Assembly: GCA_963827655.1 (NCBI GenBank)
Contig: CAWHCF010000036.1
Span: forward strand, 192,001 to 256,000
Source: an uncultured Acidobacteriota bacterium
Lineage (GTDB): Bacteria > Acidobacteriota > UBA6911
Reading direction: 5' to 3'
DNA: 64,000 bases
In this document: piece after piece, positions 57,336 to 64,000 of the stretch
Layout: the number at the start of each line of letters is the position of its first letter
How positions within the stretch are numbered: the stretch's first letter is position 1
The notes under the pieces: model-generated
Databases searched by the model: none
Seen by the model: only the letters and a program-made list of their open reading frames with translations
Told to the model about the DNA's origin: nothing
Position numbers and translations under genes: made by a program

Positions 57336-58895
57336 TCATGTGGCGGGCTCCGTCCGAGGCAAAGTTGATTCCCTCGGTGATGGAGAAAGTAGCGCCGCAG
57401 ACTCTATAGGAATGGCATCCCGGCGGGAGCGGCAGAAGCGGTAGAAGAGGTGGCGGACTCGCGACGCCTCGACAAGCGGCCGCCAAACCGGTCCGGTCAA
57501 CCTGTGGCGGATGAGGAAGGGCCAGAGCCAGTTCGATTTCTTATAAAGCAAGGACATGGCGATATAGGGAAGAACTGCGGCAGCGTGCTCGGGCCGCCGC
57601 CGCCAGATTGACTTCAGCGAGAACAGCGTGTGGTACGACCAGGCATAACCTTCCTCCAGTGCCTCCGGGGACATGTGTCTGGGGAGGAAAACCGCGTGCC
57701 CCGTATCATAAAGCTCCCAGTCACGATGCAGGATTCTTCTCTGAGATTCCAGCTCGCGGAAGAGGGGCGTCCCTGGATAAGGCGTGAGAATGTGAAAGGT
57801 CGCATTTTCCAGATGCGCGCCTTCGATCCAGCGAACCGTCTGCTCGAAGACATCGGGGCGATCGTGATCGAATCCGAAGACAAAGCTGCCGTTCACCTGA
57901 ATGCCGAACTGGTGGAGTAGGTCCACGCGTCGGGCATAGTCCTCGGGCCGGGGAGTTTTTTTGTGCGCATCCTCCAGGTTTTCTGCAGTGATGGACTCGA
58001 AGCCGACAAAGACGCCCACGCAGCCCGAAAGGGCCATCTCCCGAACCAGGCCGGGATCATCCGTGACATCGATGGTTACCGCGGCGCTCCAAATCTTCCC
58101 CAGACGGGCCATTTCCCGGCAAAGCTGGCGGAGATAGCGCGGCCGGGAGCCGAGGTTGTTGTCGACGAACACGGCGTAGGGCTGCGCGTCAGATCGAAAT
58201 TCGTCCACGACCTGCTGCGCGTCTCGCATGAGATAAGGCATGTGCAGACCTTCCGTTGAGAGATAACAGAAGTCGCAGCGATTGTGGCAGCCACGCGTGG
58301 CGATAAGACTGGTGGTCGTCAAGAAGGACCGGCGTGGAAGGAGCGACCGACGAGGTGGAGGATCGTCGCGGTAGGGTCGGCGATAGCTCCCGAGATAACG
58401 CGGTCGAAGCCGCCCGAATTCGACATCCCTCAAGATTGCCGGCCACAGTTGTACTCCTTCTCCAAGGGCCAGGGCATCGGCATGCGGCGCCGCCTCCTCC
58501 GGACAGCTCAGGACGTGAAGACCTCCGAGCACGACCCTGGCCCCGCGTGTCCGATACCAGTGCGCCAGTTCGTAGGCACGTCGCGCGAACGTCAGGTGAA
58601 CGGTAATACCCACGACCTGCGGGAAGGGCTCGAACGGGGGATGCCCCTGCAGCAGGTTTTCGTCCCAGTAGCGAATCGACCAGTCGGGCGGAGTCGCGCC
58701 CGCGATGGAGGTGAGGGCGAGCGTCGGCGTCAGGACATGTTTGCCAAAGCTCGCCACCGGATCTTTGGGATAGAAGGGATTGATCAGAAGCGCACTTTTG
58801 GGCTGCGGGATGCCCACGCGGCGGTCGCAGCAAAGCTCAGGCGCGACCCTCATGCTGCGGGGCCAGAAGTATCCCTCTCTGCCATCAGGTCTCAT
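57336..58895 (-). CDS. B12-binding-domain radical SAM protein
   Basis: VVLGGLH, GEG, TRGCHNRCDFC (CxxxCxxC), FVDNN, VGFES, TPYPGT; AAGGA RBS. Confidence 0.92.
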   Translation of the reverse strand: MRPDGREGYFWPRSMRVAPELCCDRRVGIPQPKSALLINPFYPKDPVASFGKHVLTPTLALTSIAGATPPDWSIRYWDENLLQGHPPFEPFPQVVGITVHLTFARRAYELAHWYRTRGARVVLGGLHVLSCPEEAAPHADALALGEGVQLWPAILRDVEFGRLRPRYLGSYRRPYRDDPPPRRSLLPRRSFLTTTSLIATRGCHNRCDFCYLSTEGLHMPYLMRDAQQVVDEFRSDAQPYAVFVDNNLGSRPRYLRQLCREMARLGKIWSAAVTIDVTDDPGLVREMALSGCVGVFVGFESITAENLEDAHKKTPRPEDYARRVDLLHQFGIQVNGSFVFGFDHDRPDVFEQTVRWIEGAHLENATFHILTPYPGTPLFRELESQRRILHRDWELYDTGHAVFLPRHMSPEALEEGYAWSYHTLFSLKSIWRRRPEHAAAVLPYIAMSLLYKKSNWLWPFLIRHRLTGPVWRPLVEASRVRHLFYRFCRSRRDAIPIESAALLSPSPRESTLPRTEPAT

Positions 58896-59450
58896 AGCGA
58901 GGTCCTTTCACTTTATATTGAGAAGTACTTTACATATGCTAAAGCTTTCTGTCGAGAGGAATCCTCTGTCAAGACACCGCGCCGAATAAAAAGATGTCGG
59001 AGCGGGCCGTGCAGGGTGTCGGCGAGGTTGAGCGCGTAGATGGGAGCGCCGCCTCGAGCGGCCACGCACGAGTCTCTTTGAGGATGGCGGAGAGCGTGAC
59101 CTGATCGACACGCGCACATAGAGGTAAAGTGGGCGCTGGGTCCGGGCGCCCGCGCATCCGCTCCCGCTGGCAAGAATGGGACTTCATCACCTCTCCACGA
59201 ATGACGTGCTAAACACGCCGCGTCCCTGGATTAGAGAGTCATCGTTGCATTAACTTGTGGCTCGCTCTGACCCAACGATCTATGGGTCCGATTCACAAAA
59301 CTTTAAATTCTTTTTCGTCATTTGTTCATAAGCCCGCCGCAGACTTGCCTTCCAGAGAATTCGACTTGATTTCAAGATACGTCACGGTTGTCGATCGCCT
59401 TGTCAGGCATCCGGTCCTCGTGAGCCGTAAGACTTCCTCAGGCGTGCAGT

Positions 59451-59985
59451 ATGAACTCGATCAGATGGCTGAGTTGTGCAGCATTGTTTCTGAGCAGCGC
59501 ACGTCTCGGCGCAGCACCGGCACACGTTGTCCTGTCCCAGGAAAAGGAAGCAGGCTCAATCGCAAGGAACCGCGACTTACAGGACGTTGAGCTTCCTGAG
59601 ATTCAGTTCAAGGACTTTTTCGACCCGATCGGCGATCGCGGGCTGACCCTTACCGGGCGCCTGGTGAGTCTTCACGGTAAGCGAGTCCGTATCCGTGGAT
59701 ATGCAGTCCGTGAAGACAAGGCTCATGCTCGACGATTCCTTCTGACGTCGCTTCCGGTTCAGCTTCACAGTGAGTACGGCATGGCGGACGACCTTCCCCC
59801 AGCAACGGTTTTTGTCACACATACCCCGTAATCTGGAAGCGCCTCAGCTGAAAGGTGGCTTGCTCGTTCTTAGCGGCACCCTGGATATCGGAAACCGAGA
59901 GGAACCCGATGGCCGGATTTCATTGGTTCGGTTAACCCTGGATTCAATACTCCAACCTCTACCTCGACCCCCGACGCGGCATTGA
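59451..59985 (+). CDS. Secreted DUF3299-like OB-fold hypothetical protein, frameshift near 59820
   Basis: Signal peptide, LHGKRVRIRGY, DDLPPATVFV, continuing in another frame as LSGTLDIGNREEPDGRISLVRL. Confidence 0.6.
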
Positions 59986-60020
59986 CCTCGAGTCCGCATG
60001 GTTCGGAAGAAAGGACATCG

Positions 60021-61946
60021 ATGATCCCGAAGCTCTTATGCCTGGTTATTATGGCGAGTTTTCCATTTCCTTTGCTGGCGGCCCCGGTTATCACGCGGCT
60101 CACCCCTCCCACTAACCGCGACTCAGTGGGAACCCCTGTTCCTCCGGTGGTCGCGCGGTTTCTGCCGGACCAGCGGTTTGACCTTAGAGTCGAAGCTACC
60201 CCGGATGCGGGCCGGAGTTTGACCGAGGTTCAGTTCTTCGTGGATGGAGAGCGGGTTGAGTCCGCGAGGGGTACATTGGGGACCCGGCGCGCGTACTCCA
60301 ACAGCACTCCGGGCATCCATACCCTTAGAGCGATTGTGACTCAGAGTGATGGTCAAACCGCATCCCAGGAGGGCATTTTCGAAATCATAGACATCGTGCC
60401 AGGAGGGCTGCGAGCCCGCAACGTGATCGTTCTAATCGGCGATGGAATGGGGACCGCACACCGAACCGCGGCCCGCGTCATGCTCCACGGGGTCTCGCAG
60501 GGGAAGACGCGGGGGTTCCTGTCCATGGACACATTCCCGGCTACCGGAATGGTCATCACCCACTCGCTCAATAGCATCATCACGGATTCGTCGCCGGGCT
60601 CTCACTGCTACTCGACCGGGAACAAAGGAAACAACAACCAGCACGGTGTGTTTCCGGACAACACCGCAGCCAATTTTGACAATCCTCGAATCGAGCATCT
60701 CGGCGAATATCTGAAGCGGACACGAGGGATGTCACTAGGCCTGGTCACTACGTCGGATGTTTTCGATGCCACACCGGCGGCATGGGCCACACACACGCAA
60801 AGCCGCAGCGCCGGCACCGGCATCGTGGATCAGTATCTTGATGAAAGGGACTTCAACGGGTTGTCTGTTCTGCTGGGCGGAGGAAGAAAGTGGTTTCTGC
60901 CCAACACGACACCCGGATCGGCGAGGTCGGCAAGCACGGATTACATGCTGCCGGCGGAACTGGCTGACGGCTACGGAATTCCAACGGGGAGGATTGATCC
61001 GGGGCGCGATCTCATCACCGATTTTACCGCCGCCGGTTTCCATTACGCTCCCACAAAGTCCGCTCTCAATGCTGTTCCTGACAGCGCCACCAAGCTGCTC
61101 GGGCTCTTCTCCTTGTCGAATATGAATGTGGCTCTGGACAAAATAGAAAAGCGCCGCAATCCGCGTGCTCCCGGCGTCTTGGACGACTACGGCTTTCCAG
61201 ATCAGCCGATGCTGGATGAAATGACTGAAATCGCCCTCAAAGTCCTGGACAAGAATCGTTACGGCTTCGTCCTGATGGTGGAGGGAGCATCGATTGACAA
61301 GCAGGCCCACAACATGGATAGCGAGCGATGGATCCTCGACACCATTGAATTCGACCGGGCGGTGGCCGTCTGCAAGAAATTTGCCGAACAGCGAGGCGAC
61401 ACGATCGTCGTGGTAACCGCTGATCATGAGTGCGGGGGGGTGAACCTGATCGGAGCGTCTCAGCTGTCAAATGCCGAACTCAGAAATCGAGCATCGGCGG
61501 GAGGCGCTGCGGCTCAGCTTCGGGATTCCGTGGTCGGCACTTATGAGAATGCGGGGTTCCCGCAATACACGATTGCGCCGGACGGATATCCGGTCACTAC
61601 TGACGTCGACCGGCGACTTCTCATAGGATACGCGGCCAATGCCGACCGATACGAAGACTGGCTGACCAATGCCCTGCCGCTGCGCGACGGCCAGCAGCCC
61701 TTCAATGGTGAGGCCCCTCTGAACACTTATCCCTCGGGTCCGATGAACCGCGACGAAGCGGGACGATTCCTGATCATGGGCCAGGTAGGAGACACCACCG
61801 CCGTGCATACAGCGTCCGACATCCCGATCTCCGCCTTTGGACGTGGCGCGCTTTTATTCACGGGCGTTCAGGACAATACCGATGTCTTCTTCAAGCTGGG
61901 CCAGCTCATCATTGGTGGGACTAACGTTCCGGACTCAATCCGCTAG
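60021..61946 (+). CDS. phoA: Alkaline phosphatase (PhoA family) with N-terminal Ig-like domain
   Basis: AAGGA RBS, IGDGMG, TDSS, ATPAA, VEGASIDKQAH, TADHE, HTASDIP. Confidence 0.9.
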   Translation: MIPKLLCLVIMASFPFPLLAAPVITRLTPPTNRDSVGTPVPPVVARFLPDQRFDLRVEATPDAGRSLTEVQFFVDGERVESARGTLGTRRAYSNSTPGIHTLRAIVTQSDGQTASQEGIFEIIDIVPGGLRARNVIVLIGDGMGTAHRTAARVMLHGVSQGKTRGFLSMDTFPATGMVITHSLNSIITDSSPGSHCYSTGNKGNNNQHGVFPDNTAANFDNPRIEHLGEYLKRTRGMSLGLVTTSDVFDATPAAWATHTQSRSAGTGIVDQYLDERDFNGLSVLLGGGRKWFLPNTTPGSARSASTDYMLPAELADGYGIPTGRIDPGRDLITDFTAAGFHYAPTKSALNAVPDSATKLLGLFSLSNMNVALDKIEKRRNPRAPGVLDDYGFPDQPMLDEMTEIALKVLDKNRYGFVLMVEGASIDKQAHNMDSERWILDTIEFDRAVAVCKKFAEQRGDTIVVVTADHECGGVNLIGASQLSNAELRNRASAGGAAAQLRDSVVGTYENAGFPQYTIAPDGYPVTTDVDRRLLIGYAANADRYEDWLTNALPLRDGQQPFNGEAPLNTYPSGPMNRDEAGRFLIMGQVGDTTAVHTASDIPISAFGRGALLFTGVQDNTDVFFKLGQLIIGGTNVPDSIR

Positions 61947-62002
61947 CAGGCCGAGTTGGCCCCACAGGCCTGGACGCTGCTGTACGAGTCGGCTCTGTTT
62001 CT

Positions 62003-62125
62003 GCCAGAGCCGAAGGCCCGTTAGTGAGTAGCCCCGCCCGTGAGGGCGGCGTCTTCAAGGGTCCCTGACGCGAGGTCCGAAAGGACCGGCACTCCGGCTG
62101 TGTCGCACCTTCGGCGCTCTTCTTA
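62003..62125. repeat. REP-like element
   Basis: CCAGAGCCGAAGGC...CCCGCCCGTGAGGGCG...TGTGTCGCACCTTCGGCGC, matching ~22963-23082. Confidence 0.7.
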
Positions 62126-62237
62126 ATCGAACGTTCATTCCGGGTCTCGGTGATTCTGTCATCCATTGTTGGTCAGGATTAGTATCAAGCTTTAGATCAC
62201 TGTATGTTACAGCCGAATTTGGCATCACCAATTCTGG

Positions 62238-62438
62238 TTGGCTATAGATCAGGAACAAGTGGGCTCCCGTGCTGAGGTCGACAGCCTCCATTCTGATCTG
62301 AAGAAAATAGGAGCCACGATAGTGAGCCCACCGCGGGAGTATCCAGAGTATACGCCTCCAGGCTACTACGCTCTCTTCTTCAAGGATCTGGAGGGTATTA
62401 AGTACGAGATCGTGTGCCATGCTCACAGCGGAGCGTAG
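62238..62438 (+). pseudogene. 3' fragment of a VOC/glyoxalase gene (cassette remnant)
   Basis: SRAEVD...GATIVSPPREYPEY.PGYYALFFKD.EGIKYEIV; no credible 5' half; lower GC than the flanking genes. Confidence 0.75.
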
Positions 62439-62439
62439 C

Positions 62440-62485
62440 GCCTAACACGGCAGTGGAGCGGACGGCCAAAGCGCCAGCGTTGGGC
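62440..62485 (+). mobile_element. attC-like site, internally shortened
   Basis: GCCTAAC (RYYYAAC) 1 nt after the stop codon and GTTGGGC (GTTRRRY) 46 bp span; the right-arm complement of GCAGTGGAGCGG is mostly missing. Confidence 0.65.
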
Positions 62486-62506
62486 GTAAAGCACGGAGGA
62501 GTCCAC

Positions 62507-62904
62507 ATGACACAAGCAGAGATTTCCGGCATCTCACCCTTTTTTATCGTGAGCCACGTACCGTCATCGCTTTCGTTTTACCGAGACCGGCTTGGATTTG
62601 AGATCACCTTCCGGGGCCTGCTCCTGACGACATCTTCTTCGGCATCGTTCGCAGGGGCGGTGCGCAGATCCTGCTCAAAGACGTTGGCGTAGCTCCACTG
62701 CCGAACTACAAGCGAGACGTCAAAAAAGGTATCGCCCGCTGGGACGCATTCGTTGACGTCCCGGATCCTGACGCACTGGCGGCCGAATTTGCTTCGCGCA
62801 ATGTCGAGTTTTCCGAGCCACTGAAAGACACTGATGACGGTTTGCGTGGTTTCGAGCTCAAGGACGTCGACGGCTATGTCTTATTTTTCGGTCGTCCTCG
62901 GTGA
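62507..62904 (+). CDS. VOC/bleomycin-resistance-like gene cassette, 1-nt frameshift near 62612
   Basis: GGAGGAG RBS, ISPFFIV...SLSFYRDRLGF, then GLRGFELKDVDGYVLFFGRPR; followed by inverse core GCCCAAC at 62958-62964. Confidence 0.8.
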
Positions 62905-63072
62905 TGAGCGTTCAGTCGAAATGGGACACATGAACGTTTCCTGCGGCGGGAGATCACGCCCAACAATGCGCAACTTGACCTGGTTTTGATAAACACCAGG
63001 CGACTACTCAGGACCAATCGCTAGTCGTCACGTCTAGTTGCCGACGCCGGCTGCGACAGCAGGCGTCCTTTC

Positions 63073-63097
63073 GGTTCGAATCCCAGTCACCCAGCCA
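63073..63097 (+). other. tRNA 3'-end fragment (Gln-like), possible att site
   Basis: GGTTCGAATCCCAGTCACCCAGCCA: T-loop, acceptor 3' strand and CCA; the upstream sequence cannot complete a cloverleaf. Confidence 0.6.
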
Positions 63098-63284
63098 CAC
63101 AACGTGCCCTGTGTTTTCAATCACTTCCAACGCAGGGTGATTTCACTATCGAACCCAGCGCGGTAAACGATCAGCAAGCAGCGGTTGCTTCAACTGGCCG
63201 GTTGCTCAACTCAGCGCGGTTGTCCAACCTCTTACCTGCTTCCAACAAAACGGCGGCCTGGCGACGGGGCGATTGATTTCCGGG

Positions 63285-63323
63285 TTGACATACATAGAAC
63301 ACCAATGTATAAGACTTCTACGT
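63285..63323 (+). promoter_or_regulatory. Sigma70-like promoter of the PadR operon
   Basis: TTGACA-17 nt-TATAAG, 10 nt before ATG 63324, no RBS (short or absent leader). Confidence 0.65.
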
Positions 63324-63662
63324 ATGGACATGAGTAAGGATTTGGTTGCTGCGTCCGCCACGCCGCTCGTGCTCGCGATCCTTGCCGAAGGCGACAGTTA
63401 CGGCTACGCCATCATCAAGCGAGTGACCGAGTTGTCAGGCGGGCACCTACAGTGGACCGACGGCATGCTCTATCCCGTGCTGCACCGGCTTGAGCGCCAA
63501 GGTTATGTCGCGGCGAAGTGGTCCGCGGCCGAGAACGGCCGCAGGCGTAAGTACTACCGGATCACGAAAGAAGGCCGGGCGCAGCTCGCAGCCCAGCGGC
63601 AGCAATGGAAGGCCGTGGACGGTACCCTGCGGGGGATCTGGATGCAGGCGTGCACAGTATGA
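63324..63662 (+). CDS. PadR-family regulator
   Basis: LVLAIL...SYGYAII, GMLYPVLHRLE, RRRKYYRIT..GR. Confidence 0.93.
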   Translation: MDMSKDLVAASATPLVLAILAEGDSYGYAIIKRVTELSGGHLQWTDGMLYPVLHRLERQGYVAAKWSAAENGRRRKYYRITKEGRAQLAAQRQQWKAVDGTLRGIWMQACTV

Positions 63663-64000
63663 CGACCTTCACCGATCAACCGCTCGAGGAGCAAATCGCG
63701 CAGTGGCGGGCGTACTTACGCCGCCGGCAGGGGGTTCACAGTCCCGACGTGGAGGAGCTCGAGGGACATCTGCGCGAACAGCTGACGGCGCTCACCGAGG
63801 CCGGCCTGGCAGCAGAAGAAGCCTTCCTGGTCGCGGTCAAGCGCATGGGCAGCCTCGATGCGCTGTCACGCGAGTTCGCACGCGCGCATTCCGAGCGACT
63901 GTGGAAGCAGTTGGTCATGGCCCCCGACGCTGCCGATGAGTCGGCGAACACCGCACACGCCGAGACGCTCATCGTCCTGAGCCTTGCGGTCGCCGCAGCG
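63659..64000 (+). CDS. Permease-prefix-domain membrane protein, runs off the right edge
   Basis: ATGA overlap with PadR; LEEQIAQWRAYL...ELEGHLRE...GL..EEAFLVAVKRMG. Confidence 0.8.
   Translation, partial: MTTFTDQPLEEQIAQWRAYLRRRQGVHSPDVEELEGHLREQLTALTEAGLAAEEAFLVAVKRMGSLDALSREFARAHSERLWKQLVMAPDAADESANTAHAETLIVLSLAVAAA

Noticed and set aside
58969-59190. Small ORFs upstream of the radical SAM gene as a RiPP precursor, or a cobalamin riboswitch
   Set aside because: No leader/core pattern, no RiPP partner genes, and no recognisable B12-box.
63020-63097. Intact tRNA gene
   Set aside because: No D-arm, anticodon arm or complementary 5' acceptor strand; only the 3' fragment is present.

Overview
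High-GC bacterial DNA. Gene content (ADOP-type ABC permease, Oar-like TonB-dependent receptors, CehA/McbA-like PHP hydrolases, PadR, PSD/DUF1552 pair) suggests an Acidobacteriota-like organism, probably a long-read metagenome assembly, because many genes in the first ~35 kb carry single-base frameshifts. In order, the window holds: a partial sulfatase; a poly-HAMP hybrid kinase with a partner kinase; an ADOP permease; a PSD/DUF1552 pair; an L-fucose/sulfatase locus; a mirror-image pair of TonB receptor + alpha/beta hydrolase operons around a Cys-motif beta-propeller protein and a thioredoxin; a run of peptide/amide hydrolases; a radical SAM enzyme; an alkaline phosphatase; integron-cassette remnants; and a tRNA 3' fragment. 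The most notable element is a complete, ORF-less 770-nt group II intron (47848-48617, minus strand). It is inserted inside the GTGG tag of a REP-like hairpin, its candidate EBS1 matches the REP tail, and an intron-free copy of the same target element lies at ~18343-18478. Palindromic repeats also appear to supply signal-peptide-like N-termini to two genes. No rRNA, intact tRNA, CRISPR array, integrase, transposase or reverse transcriptase was seen.
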